From positions 3,390 to 67,389 of the forward strand of contig JBPCRJ010000166.1 of NCBI GenBank assembly GCA_050996975.1: DNA of 64,000 nucleotides. Direction: 5' to 3'. The stretch comes from Solirubrobacteraceae bacterium. GTDB lineage: Bacteria; Actinomycetota; Thermoleophilia; Solirubrobacterales; Solirubrobacteraceae. This document shows positions 19,345-29,368 of the stretch, one piece after another (position 1 is the first letter of the stretch; each line of letters opens with the position of its first letter). Under the pieces are notes generated by a model, which saw only the letters and a program-made list of their open reading frames with translations, was not told the origin of the DNA and ran no database searches. A program made the translations under genes and the position numbers.

Positions 19345-20355
19345 TCAGCCGTAGTGAACGCCGGTCACCTCGCGCATCTTGGCGCGGTCGTGGGTGGCAC
19401 GGATCCGCCGCACGGTGCCCGATCGCGAGCGCATCACCAGTGACTCGGTGCTCGCTCCCCGCTCACCCTGGTAGCGCACTCCCTGAAGGACGTCGCCGTC
19501 GGTGACGCCGGTGGCCGAGAAGAACACATCCTCCCCGGCGACCAGCTGATCGGGACCGAGGACCTGTTCGAGGTCGTAGTCCGCATCGAGCGCAGCGCGG
19601 CGCTCGTCGTCGCTGCGCGGCCACAGGCGCCCGAGCAGCTGACCTCCGGTGCACTTGATCGCCGCCGCCGAGATGACGCCCTCAGGTGTGCCGCCGATCC
19701 CCCAGAGCAGATCGACCGGAGCATTCTCGCTGACGGCGAGCAGCGCCGCCGACACGTCCCCGTCGACGATCAGCCTGACCCGGGCCCCCGCCTCACGGAC
19801 CTCACGCATCGCGTCGTGGTGACGCGGCCGGTCGAGCATCATCACCATCACGTCGCGGATGTCGGTCCCCTTTCGCTGCGCGATCAACTTGAGCGTCTCG
19901 GCCAGGGGGCGGTCGAGATCGAGCAGGTCGGCGATCTCGGTCCCTCCGACCATCTTCTCCATGTAGAAGCAAGGCCCGGGGTCGAACATCGTCCCGCGCT
20001 CGGCGAGCGCGATCACGGCAATCGCGCTCGGCATGCCGAAGGCAGTCAGGCGCGTCCCCTCAAGCGGATCGACGGCGATGTCGACCCGCGGCGGGCTCCC
20101 ATCTCCGATCTGCTCGCCGTTGTACAGCATCGGCGCCTCGTCCTTCTCCCCCTCGCCGATCACCACCACCCCATCCATCGAGACCGACTCGAGCACGTGG
20201 CGCATCGCGTCGACCGCCGCCTTGTCGGCGCCCTCCTTGTCGCCGCGGCCCACCATCCGCGCCGCGGCGAGCGCGGCCGCCTCCGTCACCCGCACGAGCT
20301 CGAGGGCGAGATTGCGGTCCGGTCGCGGAGTGCCCGGCTGCGCCTTGGAGTGCAT
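19345..20355 (-). CDS. glpX: Class II fructose-1,6-bisphosphatase
   Basis: DRNLALELVRVTEAAAL, VIGEGEKDEAPML, DPLEGT, GIGGTPEGV, ATGVTDG. Confidence 0.95.
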   Translation of the reverse strand: MHSKAQPGTPRPDRNLALELVRVTEAAALAAARMVGRGDKEGADKAAVDAMRHVLESVSMDGVVVIGEGEKDEAPMLYNGEQIGDGSPPRVDIAVDPLEGTRLTAFGMPSAIAVIALAERGTMFDPGPCFYMEKMVGGTEIADLLDLDRPLAETLKLIAQRKGTDIRDVMVMMLDRPRHHDAMREVREAGARVRLIVDGDVSAALLAVSENAPVDLLWGIGGTPEGVISAAAIKCTGGQLLGRLWPRSDDERRAALDADYDLEQVLGPDQLVAGEDVFFSATGVTDGDVLQGVRYQGERGASTESLVMRSRSGTVRRIRATHDRAKMREVTGVHYG

Positions 20356-20397
20356 CGCGGCTCGGAGCCTAGCCGGTTTTTGCCCAGCACGGAGGCA

Positions 20398-20538
20398 GGA
20401 TCGCGCGGCCAGGGGCGAGACGAGACGGGATCGCGCGGCGGGGCGGGAGACGAGACGGGATGACGCGGCGGGCGCACAGAAAAGCCGGGATCGCGCGGCG
20501 GGGCCGAGACGAGGCGGGGTCGCGCGGCGGGACCGAGA
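20398..20538. repeat. 30-bp tandem repeat, ~5 degenerate copies, in the divergent glpX intergenic region
   Basis: ggatcgcgcggc-like units start at 20398, 20428, 20458, 20488 and ~20517. Confidence 0.88.
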
Positions 20539-20575
20539 ATCGCTGACGCGCGCCAGAACGGTAGCTTCGAGCGCG

Positions 20576-21319
20576 ATGGACTTCCGCCGGCTGATCCCCG
20601 ACACGAGCACCGTCGATGAGCTCGAACTGCTGGCGGGCCTCGCGCTGGCCGGCGAAGCGCGCGATGCGCGTCCGTACACGATCGCCAACTTCGTCACGAC
20701 GATCGACGGGCGCGCGACGTTTCGTGGTCGCTCGGGTCCACTCGGAGACGACGGTGACCACGCGATCTTCCATGGTCTGCGAGAACACGTGGACGCGGTC
20801 CTGGCGGGCACCGGGACGCTGGCGATCGAGCGCTACGGGCGGCTGCTGGGCAAGCCCGAGCGCCGACGACGACGGGTGCAGCGCGGCGCCACCGCCGAGC
20901 CGCTGGCCTGCGTGGTGACCCGCAGCGGCGAGATTCCGACCGGCATTCCCCTGTTCGGAGAGCCAGAAGCGCGGATCGTGGTGTTCTCGCCGGTGGCGCT
21001 CGACACGTCCGCGTGGGCCGCCGAGGTCACGGTGGTCGGCGTGGATCCGGGGGAGCTGACGCTGACCACGGTGCTACAGCGCCTGCGCCAGGACTACGGC
21101 GTCAGCACGCTCCTGTGCGAGGGCGGACCGACCCTGTTCGGGGTGCTGCTCGGAGAGGGGCTCGTCGATGAGCTATTCCTGACGCTCGCGCCAAAGCTCG
21201 CCGGCGGGGGGAATGGACCAACGATCGCGAGCGCACCCGCGCTCGCCGAGCTCCACCAACTCGAGCTGAAGTGGCTGCTCGAGCGCGACGGTTCGCTGTA
21301 TCTGCGCTACCGGCTGTAA
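20576..21319 (+). CDS. RibD C-terminal-domain (pyrimidine reductase-like) protein
   Basis: ANFVTTIDG, DAVLAGTGT, LCEGGPTL, VDELFLTLAP. Confidence 0.87.
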   Translation: MDFRRLIPDTSTVDELELLAGLALAGEARDARPYTIANFVTTIDGRATFRGRSGPLGDDGDHAIFHGLREHVDAVLAGTGTLAIERYGRLLGKPERRRRRVQRGATAEPLACVVTRSGEIPTGIPLFGEPEARIVVFSPVALDTSAWAAEVTVVGVDPGELTLTTVLQRLRQDYGVSTLLCEGGPTLFGVLLGEGLVDELFLTLAPKLAGGGNGPTIASAPALAELHQLELKWLLERDGSLYLRYRL

Positions 21320-21330
21320 TCGTCGTGAGT

Positions 21331-21372
21331 TCTGAAGGAGTTCTCAGGAACTTCACTGCTTCCGAATAGACT
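21331..21372 (+). promoter_or_regulatory. Putative MprA-type direct repeat TCTGAA-N5-TCTCAG plus TAGACT -10 upstream of egtB
   Basis: 11-bp period, same hexamer family as the array upstream of htrA. Confidence 0.45.
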
Positions 21373-21392
21373 CGCACTATGAGCGGTCGAAA

Positions 21393-22712
21393 GTGGCTCC
21401 GATAAACGCTCCGAGCGCGGCCCCGGCAGCGCTGAACGCGACCGACCTTGTCGAGGCGCTCGACGAGGCCAGGGAGCGCACGCTGGCGCTCGTGGACTCG
21501 CTGCGAGACGACGATCTCGAGCGGGTGCACTCGCCGCTGATGAGTCCCCTGGTGTGGGATCTGGCCCACATCGCGGCGTTTGAGGACCTGTGGCTCGTGC
21601 ACCGATTCGGCGGACGCCCACTGCTCCGGGCGGAGCTCGCGGACCTCTACGACGCGTTCGAGACCCCGCGTACGCAGCGCAGTCAGCTTCCGTTGCTGGG
21701 GCCGGGCGCCGCACGGGAGTACCTGCAGGAGGTGCGTGAACGCGCGCTCACGGTAGTCGGCGAGCTGGGCGTCAAGGACGGAACCCTGCACGAGATGGTG
21801 CTGCGCCACGAGTACCAGCACAACGAGACGATGCTGCAGACGCTCCAGCTCGCGCGCCTGGCGCACTATGACCCGGCGTGGGGAAGTCCCACCCCGGACA
21901 CCCCGACGCCCGGCGCGACGGGCCTGGAGTTGATCGAGGTCCCAGCCGGGGAATGCACGATCGGCGCTGCCCCGACCGGCTTTGCCTACGACAATGAGCG
22001 CCCGGTGCACCGGACCGACGTCCGCGGTTACCTGATCGGAGCCACGCCGATCACGAATGCCACCTACCTGACCTTCGTCGAGGGCGGCGGGTACGAGCGG
22101 CGGGAATGGTGGTCTGAGGAGGGGTGGGCATGGAAGGAGCAGTACGACATCACGAGGCCACTCGGCTGGTCGGCGGACCTTACGGTCGAGTGGCGCCTGC
22201 GGGCGCTCGCGCCGCTTGACCCTCAGCGGCCCGTCGTCCACGTGTCCTGGTTCGAGGCCGACGCCTTCGCCCGCGCGCACGGGGTGCGCCTTCCCACCGA
22301 GATCGAGTGGGAGAAGGCGGCGACCTGGGATCAGCAGATCGAGAGCGCCCGTCCCTATCCCTGGGGCGAGGATCCGCCCGTTGCCGGCATCCACGCCAAC
22401 GTCGACCATCGGGGATGCGGACCGGCTCCGGCCGGCGCCCACCCGGCGGGAGCCTCCCCGTATGGCTGCCTCGGAATGATCGGCGACGTGTGGGAGTGGA
22501 CCGCGAGTGAGTTCGCCGGATATCCGGGGTTCTCGCCCCACCCCTACCGGGAGTACTCCGAGGTGTTCTTCGGTCCCGAGCACAGGGTCCTGCGCGGAGG
22601 CTCCTGGGCGACCCGCGCGCGTGCCGTGACCGCGGCGTTGCGCAACTGGGATTACCCGCAGCGACGCCAGATCTTCGCCGGCATCCGGATCGCGGACGGC
22701 CTAGCGCGATGA
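21393..22712 (+). CDS. egtB: Ergothioneine biosynthesis sulfoxide synthase
   Basis: SPLMSPLVWDLAHI, HEYQHNETMLQ iron motif, FGE-sulfatase domain (RLPTEIEWEKAA, GDVWEW, LRGGSW); adjacent to egtD. Confidence 0.9.
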   Translation: MAPINAPSAAPAALNATDLVEALDEARERTLALVDSLRDDDLERVHSPLMSPLVWDLAHIAAFEDLWLVHRFGGRPLLRAELADLYDAFETPRTQRSQLPLLGPGAAREYLQEVRERALTVVGELGVKDGTLHEMVLRHEYQHNETMLQTLQLARLAHYDPAWGSPTPDTPTPGATGLELIEVPAGECTIGAAPTGFAYDNERPVHRTDVRGYLIGATPITNATYLTFVEGGGYERREWWSEEGWAWKEQYDITRPLGWSADLTVEWRLRALAPLDPQRPVVHVSWFEADAFARAHGVRLPTEIEWEKAATWDQQIESARPYPWGEDPPVAGIHANVDHRGCGPAPAGAHPAGASPYGCLGMIGDVWEWTASEFAGYPGFSPHPYREYSEVFFGPEHRVLRGGSWATRARAVTAALRNWDYPQRRQIFAGIRIADGLAR

Positions 22713-23755
22713 AATCGATCCCCGACGGCGAGGAGATCACGATCGCGCCCGACCGGGGGGAGATCACGATCGCGGCCGATAGCGAGGAGATCACGATCGA
22801 GTCGTGGATCTCCGAAGCGGAGGAGCGCTGCTTGGCCAACGACGTGCTCGACGGCCTCACCAAGCCGTTCAAGGAGCTGCCACCCAAGCACTTCTACGAC
22901 ACCCGCGGGTCGGAGCTGTTCGAGCGAATCTGTGAGCTGCCCGCCTACTATCCCACCCGGACCGAGAAGCAGATCCTCGCGCAACGCGCGGAGGAGATCG
23001 TCGGGAGTATCCGTGCCGGCGAGCTGCTCGAGCTGGGCTCCGGCGCGAGCGATAAGGCCCGGATCCTGCTCGACGCGATGGCCGCCGCGGGGACGCTGCG
23101 CCGCTACGTTCCGTTCGACGTCTCGGCGAGCACCGTGCAGGACGCAGCGACGACGCTCGTGCAGGAGTACGCGGGCCTCGTCGTCCACGGGGTGATCGGC
23201 GACTTTGAGCGCCACCTGGAACGAGTGCCGGAGTCAGGCGGGGTACCCCGGCTCGTCGCCCTGCTGGGCGGCACGATCGGCAACTTCCCCCCCGGCACCC
23301 GGCGTACGCTGCTGCGCAAGATCGGCGCCCTGCTCGGCCCCGATGATCGGCTGCTGCTCGGCACCGACCTGGTCAAGGATCCCGCGGTGATCGAGGCCGC
23401 CTACGACGATCCCGACGGCATCACCGGCGAGTTCAACCGCAACGTGCTGCACGTCATCAACCGGGAGCTCGGCGCCGACTTCCCGGCCGAGAACTTCGAT
23501 CACGTGGCGTTCTTCGACCGCAGGCACGAGTGGCTGGAGATGCGACTGCGCGCCCGCGTCCCGTGCAGCGTGCTGGTGGCGGATCTCGGGCTGCGGGTCG
23601 AGTTCGCCGCTGGCGAGGACCTCCGAACCGAGCTCAGCGCAAAGTTCACGCGCGAGCGACTCGAGGACGACCTCGAGGCGGCCGGGCTGACGCTGGCCCA
23701 GTGGTATCCCGACGAGCACGAGCTGTTCGCGCTCTCGTTGGCGGCACGGCGGTAG
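22709..23755 (+). CDS. egtD: L-histidine N-alpha-methyltransferase
   Basis: KELPPKHFYD, YYPTRTE, ELGSG, LGGTIGNF, AAYDD..G; N-terminal EITI repeats. Confidence 0.93.
   Translation: MKSIPDGEEITIAPDRGEITIAADSEEITIESWISEAEERCLANDVLDGLTKPFKELPPKHFYDTRGSELFERICELPAYYPTRTEKQILAQRAEEIVGSIRAGELLELGSGASDKARILLDAMAAAGTLRRYVPFDVSASTVQDAATTLVQEYAGLVVHGVIGDFERHLERVPESGGVPRLVALLGGTIGNFPPGTRRTLLRKIGALLGPDDRLLLGTDLVKDPAVIEAAYDDPDGITGEFNRNVLHVINRELGADFPAENFDHVAFFDRRHEWLEMRLRARVPCSVLVADLGLRVEFAAGEDLRTELSAKFTRERLEDDLEAAGLTLAQWYPDEHELFALSLAARR
22726..22800. repeat. 27-bp coding repeat x3 (xEITIAxDx) at the egtD 5' end
   Basis: gagatcacgatcg occurs three times at 27-bp spacing. Confidence 0.88.
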
Positions 23756-23778
23756 CGGTCCGCGGCCGGTCGTCCGGC

Positions 23779-24981
23779 TCAGCTCAGCCGCTGCACCAGC
23801 ATCGCCTGACCCATCCCGCCGGCGACGCACATCGACTCGATCCCGTAGGTGCCGTCGAGGGTGCGCAGGCCGTTCAGCAGCGTCGTCATGATCCGGGCGC
23901 CGGTCATCCCGAAGGGGTGGCCGAGGGCGATCGCGCCGCCGAACGGGTTGAGCTTCTCCTCGGGGATCTCGAGCTCGTCCCGGCACGGCACGATCTGGGC
24001 GGCGAACGCCTCGTTGATCTCGACGATGTCGATGTCCTCGATCCGCATCCCCGTGGCCTTGAGCAGCGCCTGGATCGCGGGAATCGGGCCGAGCCCCATC
24101 AGCTCGGGGCGGATTGCGGCGACCGTCGAGGCGATGATCCGCGCCCGCGGCGTACAGCCGAGCTGCGCCGCCCTCTCCGCTGACATCACGAGCACGGCGG
24201 CGGCGCCGTCGTTGAGCGGGCAGGCGTTGCCGGCCGTGACCGTGCCATCGGGCTTGAACACGGGCTTCAGCTGCGCGAGCCCCTCGATCGTCGTCCCCGA
24301 CCGCGGACCGTCGTCGCGGTTTAGCACCGTCTCGGGCACGTCGATCTCGTTGCCCTGCTTGTCGAGGTCGCGGTGCGCGGGCACCGTGACGGGGACGATC
24401 TCATCGTCGAAGTGACCGCAGTCGCGCGAGCGCGCGGCGCGGTCCTGGGAGATCACGGCCCATTCATCCTGCTGGGAACGGGTCACGTGGCAGCGCTGCG
24501 CAACGTTCTCGGCGGTGAGTCCCATCGGGATGTAGACGTCGTAGAGGGAGCCTTCGGACCCGTCCAGCACAGGGCTCTTCGCCTCCTCCATGATCCCGGC
24601 GCCAAGCGCGGCGCGGGACAGGGACTCGACCCCCGCGGCGATGTACTGGTCCCCCTCGCCCGCCTTGATCGCGTGGGCAGCCATCCGGATCGTCATCAGC
24701 GACGAGGCGCAGAAGCGATTGACCGTGCATCCGGGGACATGGTGGTCAAGGCCGGCGAGCAGCGCGGCGTTGCGCCCGACGTTGTATCCCTGTTCGCCGA
24801 TCCCCGAGGCGGCGCCCATCAGCACGTCCACCGTCTGGGAGAAATCGACCTCCGGGTTTCGCGCGATCAGAGCCCGGATCGGGGTCGCGGCGAGCTCGTC
24901 CGCGCGGACGGTCTTCAGCGAGCCCTTGAACGCGCGTCCGATCGGGGTGCGGATGGCGTCGACGATCACAGCTTCTGGCAT
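23779..24981 (-). CDS. Acetyl-CoA C-acyltransferase (thiolase)
   Basis: TVNRFCASS, NEAFA, GGAIALGHPFG, MCVAGGMG. Confidence 0.93.
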   Translation of the reverse strand: MPEAVIVDAIRTPIGRAFKGSLKTVRADELAATPIRALIARNPEVDFSQTVDVLMGAASGIGEQGYNVGRNAALLAGLDHHVPGCTVNRFCASSLMTIRMAAHAIKAGEGDQYIAAGVESLSRAALGAGIMEEAKSPVLDGSEGSLYDVYIPMGLTAENVAQRCHVTRSQQDEWAVISQDRAARSRDCGHFDDEIVPVTVPAHRDLDKQGNEIDVPETVLNRDDGPRSGTTIEGLAQLKPVFKPDGTVTAGNACPLNDGAAAVLVMSAERAAQLGCTPRARIIASTVAAIRPELMGLGPIPAIQALLKATGMRIEDIDIVEINEAFAAQIVPCRDELEIPEEKLNPFGGAIALGHPFGMTGARIMTTLLNGLRTLDGTYGIESMCVAGGMGQAMLVQRLS

Positions 24982-25139
24982 CGGTGGCGTCCTCCTCGTG
25001 CTTCCGGCATCGGTGGCGTCCTCTTCGACGGGTTGGAGCCGGGATCCTAACCCTCACTTCCGACCGGCGATCCCGGAGAGGCGGTGGTGCGGCCACGACC
25101 ACGACCCCAAACCCGCCCGCGAAGCGGCCCATAAGTAGT

Positions 25140-25805
25140 TCACAACCCCAGCCCGCGCACGCCCTCCTCGTCCCAGCCCAGGTGATGGGCGAGCTCGTGG
25201 CGTACGGTTCGCGTCACCTGCGCCTTGAGCAGCTCAGGGTCGTGGCCGAAGTCGCGCAGCAGCGTGTCGCGGAAGATCAGGATCCGGTCGTGGAAGAAGT
25301 CCCGCGCGACCGTGTCGCCCTCGTAGAGTCCGTACGCGCGGCGCCGTCGACCGCCCTCGGAGACGACGACCGCGACGTGCTCAAGCGCGCGGTGGAACTC
25401 CAGCGGGAGGTCGTCGATCGCCGCGCGCACGAGCGCCCGGAAGTGCTCCTCGTCGTGGGGGTCCAGCAGATCGTCGTCATCGTCGTCGTTCTCCTCGGGG
25501 GCGCCCTCGTACTCCTCGGAGTCTCCCCATGAGTCGTGGGCCGCCAGCTGCTCGGCCCGCTGGACCAGCGCCTCGAAGTCCTCCTCTGACTCGGGGTCGC
25601 GCCACCCCGCGATCCGGATCATCGTCAGCAGCACCGCACCGCCGACGATCACCACACCGGCTCCGAACACGGCGAGCCCCTGCAACAGGCGAACCAGAAA
25701 GGAGGTGCTGAAGCCCGCCAGCAGGCTCGCGGCGCCGAGGCCGACGGTCAGCGCTGCTAGCGCCGATAGCAGGATCCGGCGCAGGGTCGGGGCCGACCTG
25801 GGCAC
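25140..25805 (-). CDS. Membrane-anchored Zincin_1 (minimal metallopeptidase) family protein
   Basis: Two N-terminal TM helices, acidic linker, YGLYEG, DRILIFR, HELAHHLG. Confidence 0.8.
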   Translation of the reverse strand: MPRSAPTLRRILLSALAALTVGLGAASLLAGFSTSFLVRLLQGLAVFGAGVVIVGGAVLLTMIRIAGWRDPESEEDFEALVQRAEQLAAHDSWGDSEEYEGAPEENDDDDDDLLDPHDEEHFRALVRAAIDDLPLEFHRALEHVAVVVSEGGRRRRAYGLYEGDTVARDFFHDRILIFRDTLLRDFGHDPELLKAQVTRTVRHELAHHLGWDEEGVRGLGL

Positions 25806-25907
25806 GCGCCTACCCGCGACTCCGGCGGAGGGTCGGGGCCAACCTGGGCACGCGCCTACCCGCGACTCCGGCGCCAGGTCGGGGCCGATCCGAGCACACG
25901 CCTACCT
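25785..25907. repeat. 46-bp tandem repeat, ~2.7 copies, bridging an acyl-CoA dehydrogenase stop and the next start
   Basis: ggtcggggcc at 25785, 25831 and 25877. Confidence 0.88.
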
Positions 25908-27056
25908 GAGCGTGCGGGCGATCACGAGTCGCTGGATCTCGTTCGTGCCCTCGTAGATCTGGGTGATCTTGGCGTCACGCAGCATGCGTTCGACCGGGTA
26001 CTCCTTGACGTAGCCGTAGCCACCAAGGACCTGCACCGCCTCGACCGTGACCGCCATTGCGACGTCCGAGCAGAACAGCTTCGCCATCGCGGAATACTTG
26101 CCGACGTCGGAATCGCCACGGTCTACCTTGGCGCACGCCTGGTAGAGCAGCTCCCGTCCCGCGGCGCACTTAGTCTCCATGTCCGCGAGCTTGAACTGAA
26201 TCGCCTGGAAGGAGTTGATCGGCTTGCCGAACTGCCTGCGCTCGCGCGCGTAGGCCACCGCGTAGTCGGTCGCTCCCTGAGCGATCCCGAGCGCTTGGGC
26301 GGCGACCCCGAGGCGCGAGCGGTCGAGCGTCGCCATCGCCACCCTGAAGCCCTCGCCCACCTCACCGATCACGTTCCGAATCGGAACTCGTACGCCGTCG
26401 AAGATCGGCTGGCCAGTCGGCGAGCCCCGGATCCCGAGCTTGCGCTCGAGCTTGCCGATGCTGAACCCGGGGCGGTCCGCCTCCACGACGAACGCGGTGA
26501 TCCCGTGCGCGTGTCCCGCGTCACGATCGGTGACCGCGAACACGATGTAGAAGTCCGCGACGGCGAGGTTGGTGATCCAATTCTTGCTGCCGTCGATCAC
26601 CCATTCATCGCCGTCCCTGACGGCACGGGTGAGCATTCCCCCGGGGTCCGAGCCCGCCTCGGGCTCCGAGAGCGCGAACGCCGGGGAGAGCTCTCCGCTG
26701 GCGCAACGCGGTAGCAGGCGCTGCTTGAGCTCATCGCTGCCGAACATCCTGATCGGGAGCGTTCCCAACTCCTGGACCATCAGGATCAGTGCCGTAGACG
26801 CACACGCCTTGGCGATCTCCTCGACCGCGATGTTGAGCATCAGCGTGCCGGTGCCGGTGCCTTCGTGCTCGGTCTCGAACGGCAGCCCGAGGATGTCCTG
26901 CTCGGAGAGCAGCTCGCGCAGGTCATGGGGGTACTCCGCGCGCTCGTCGATCTCGGCCGCCCGCGGCGCGATTCGCTCCTGCGCGATCCGGCGGATCGTG
27001 TCGCGCAGGTCGAGGTGCTCCTGCGGAATCGTGTACAGCTCGGCCAGCGCGGACAT
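25902..27056 (-). CDS. Acyl-CoA dehydrogenase
   Basis: FALSEPEAGSD, GSKNWITN, RQFGKPI, LGGYGY, QIYEGTNEIQR. Confidence 0.95.
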   Translation of the reverse strand: MSALAELYTIPQEHLDLRDTIRRIAQERIAPRAAEIDERAEYPHDLRELLSEQDILGLPFETEHEGTGTGTLMLNIAVEEIAKACASTALILMVQELGTLPIRMFGSDELKQRLLPRCASGELSPAFALSEPEAGSDPGGMLTRAVRDGDEWVIDGSKNWITNLAVADFYIVFAVTDRDAGHAHGITAFVVEADRPGFSIGKLERKLGIRGSPTGQPIFDGVRVPIRNVIGEVGEGFRVAMATLDRSRLGVAAQALGIAQGATDYAVAYARERRQFGKPINSFQAIQFKLADMETKCAAGRELLYQACAKVDRGDSDVGKYSAMAKLFCSDVAMAVTVEAVQVLGGYGYVKEYPVERMLRDAKITQIYEGTNEIQRLVIARTLR

Positions 27057-27119
27057 CTCGCGCGGGATGCTACCCGCGTCTACCCGCGTCGGGGGCTGGG
27101 GCCCGGGTTCGGGGGATGG

Positions 27120-28231
27120 CTACAGCCCGGTCGGGTGGCGCTCGACGTATCCCGCGCTCGATGCGGGCTCGGCGGTCCAGCGCGAGCCGCCGGTCGCGCC
27201 CTGAGCGGCGGTGTCGAAGCGCAGTCCGGCGACGTACATATAGGTATGGCCGGCGTTGGCCCAGACCGTGATCCAGCTGCCTGCGCCGGGGCTCCCGTAG
27301 GACTCGAGCTCGCCGGAATCCTCGGGGGCCGAGATCAGGCCGGCTCCATGCAGCGCGTAGCTGACCGAGCCGGAGCAGTCATAGCCGGCATCGTTCCAGC
27401 TCCCGTGTCCACCGCCATAGATGTACGGCTTGAAGGCGATCCGATCGGCGGCGGCGATCACAGCCTTGATCACCGCCGGCGCGGTCGCCGTGCCGTCGGC
27501 GTTCAGGTGCGCCCGTGCGACCGGTCCACCGGTCTCCAGCGGGGCGAGCAGCACGTGCAGCGCGGCGAGCAACGTGGCGTCCACGACCCCGTCGGCCTTC
27601 AGCTTATGAGCGCGCTCGAACGCGATCACGCCCTGCTTTGTGAGCCGCCCGAACTGTCCGTCGGCGTTGGTGGGGAAGCCCGCGAGCGTAAGCGATTCCT
27701 GCAGCGCGAGCACCGCCTGACCGGACATCCCCTGGCGCAGCACGCGGCCGGTACTCGGCTTGGCCTTGGTCGCGGTGCTCCGCTTGGTCGCAGTGATCCT
27801 CGAGGCGGCACTGCGCTTGGTCGCCGTCGTCCTCGAGGCGTGTGAGTCCTTGACCGGGACTCGCGGAGAGGCGATGCGGCGTGGGGGGCGCTGCGGATCT
27901 GCGCGAGCGTGGCCCCACCGCTCGGGACGACCAGGTTCGTCGTGTCCTGGGAGCGCGAGCGCAAGACGCGACGCAGCTCACGCACGAACGACGCGTTCAC
28001 GATCCCGTCGAGCTTCAGATGATATTGCCGCTCGAAGCGACGAACACTCGCCGCTGTGACCGCGTCAAACGTACCGACTACCGGCGTCCGAAAGCCGGAC
28101 TGGGTGAGCGCCGTCTGCAGAGCTTTCACGTCAGGACCGCTCATGCCCGGCCTGAGGAGCCGCCCGCCGAGGGCCGCCGAACCGGCGAGCGCCACCGCGG
28201 CCAGAGCGAGCATGGCCATGAGGGCGGCCAC
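27120..28231 (-). pseudogene. Secreted protein with two peptidoglycan-binding domains and an NlpC/P60-like C-terminus, split by one frameshift near 27860-27890
   Basis: Frame A: signal peptide and LRPGMSGPDVKALQ. Frame B: T/K/S/A-rich linker, LRQGMSGQAVLALQ, PYIYGGGHG, YDCSGSVSYAL, GHTYM. A G6 run lies at 27883-27888. Confidence 0.7.
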
Positions 28232-28428
28232 CAGAGCCGTGAGGCCGGTAAGGACGGCCGAGCAACGGACGTCTCGAGCGCAGGATCGATGTCGCGGTCG
28301 TGCTTATGGACCCTCGGCAAAGGAGCTCGCGCCTCGACGTCGACGTGCGCGGAAATGCTGCTCCGCGGAGCTCGGCGCCCATGCCCGCTGCGCTGGTCTC
28401 ACGCGGACATGCCCGCTACGCTCAGGTC

Positions 28429-28761
28429 GTGGACGCCGATTACACGCCGCGGCAGGTTGCCGAGCTGGTTGCGCGCGGTGAAATCCAGCTGGTCGACGTG
28501 CGCCAGCCGCACGAGCACGAGGCGGGAAGGATCGCCGGGGACGTGCATCTGGAGCTCGCGCAGCTGACAGCCCAAGCCCACACGATCGACGCCGGGCGGA
28601 CGGTGGTCTTCTATTGCCGCAGCGGCGCTCGATCCGCGATGGCAACCAAGGCGTTCGGCGACGCCGGGTTCGACGCCCACAACATGTCCGGCGGACTGCT
28701 CGAGTGGCGGGCGGCGGGTCTACCGCTGGCACCGGCGGGCGGTTACGTCGCCGACCCATAA
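28429..28761 (+). CDS. Single-domain rhodanese
   Basis: LVDVRQPHE, YCRSGARS, NMSGGLLEW. Confidence 0.9.
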   Translation: MDADYTPRQVAELVARGEIQLVDVRQPHEHEAGRIAGDVHLELAQLTAQAHTIDAGRTVVFYCRSGARSAMATKAFGDAGFDAHNMSGGLLEWRAAGLPLAPAGGYVADP

Positions 28762-28837
28762 GCGCTGGAGCCAAGCCTCGCTTTCTTGACATGAACCCGT
28801 GGATGAAGCGAAACGAGGCCGACGCGCCAGCCGCTCG

Positions 28838-29368
28838 TCATGGCTTCCACTTGATCGAGCATCCCACCGGCTTGGTCTCGGGCAGGGATGGCTCCTCGCC
28901 GGCGAGGACCGCATCGAGCGCGTCGCGCAGCCAGGCCGCGCGCTGGCCTGGATCCTCGTAGTCGGGGTCCGGCGCGCCGCGGTAGCGCACTCGACGCTCG
29001 GGACCGAGGACGAAGATGTCCGGCGTCGTCTTCGCGCCGTACCCGCGTGCGACCTCCTGGGTTGAATCGTGGAGGTAGGGCATCGGCCAGTCCTCGGCGG
29101 CGACCCGCTTGCCCATCGCCTCATAGGAGTCCCGCGGGTAACGTTCGGAGTCGTTGGCGTTGATCGCGAGGAATTGGACGCCGCGATCGGCGTAGTCGCG
29201 GGCGGCCTGAGCGATCCGATCGTGCCAGGCGAGCGCATAGGGGCAGTGGTTGCACGTGAACACGATCACGGTCGCCGCGGCTTCGAGCCTTCCGCCCACC
29301 GTCCACGCCTCCCCGCTGGTGTCGAAGAGCGTGAGCTCGGGCGCCGTGTCTCCAACGCCAAGCGTCAT
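28838..29368 (-). CDS. AhpC/TSA-like thioredoxin family protein
   Basis: FTCNHCPY, AINAND, AKTTPD, YRG, GCSIKW. Confidence 0.9.
   Translation of the reverse strand: MTLGVGDTAPELTLFDTSGEAWTVGGRLEAAATVIVFTCNHCPYALAWHDRIAQAARDYADRGVQFLAINANDSERYPRDSYEAMGKRVAAEDWPMPYLHDSTQEVARGYGAKTTPDIFVLGPERRVRYRGAPDPDYEDPGQRAAWLRDALDAVLAGEEPSLPETKPVGCSIKWKP

Noticed and set aside
21393-22712. Selenoneine synthase SenA instead of EgtB
   Set aside because: No senB or selD nearby, and the gene is coupled to egtD.
19175-25907. Repeat arrays (42, 30 and 46 bp) as CRISPR
   Set aside because: Units are contiguous tandem copies with no unique spacers, and no cas genes are present.
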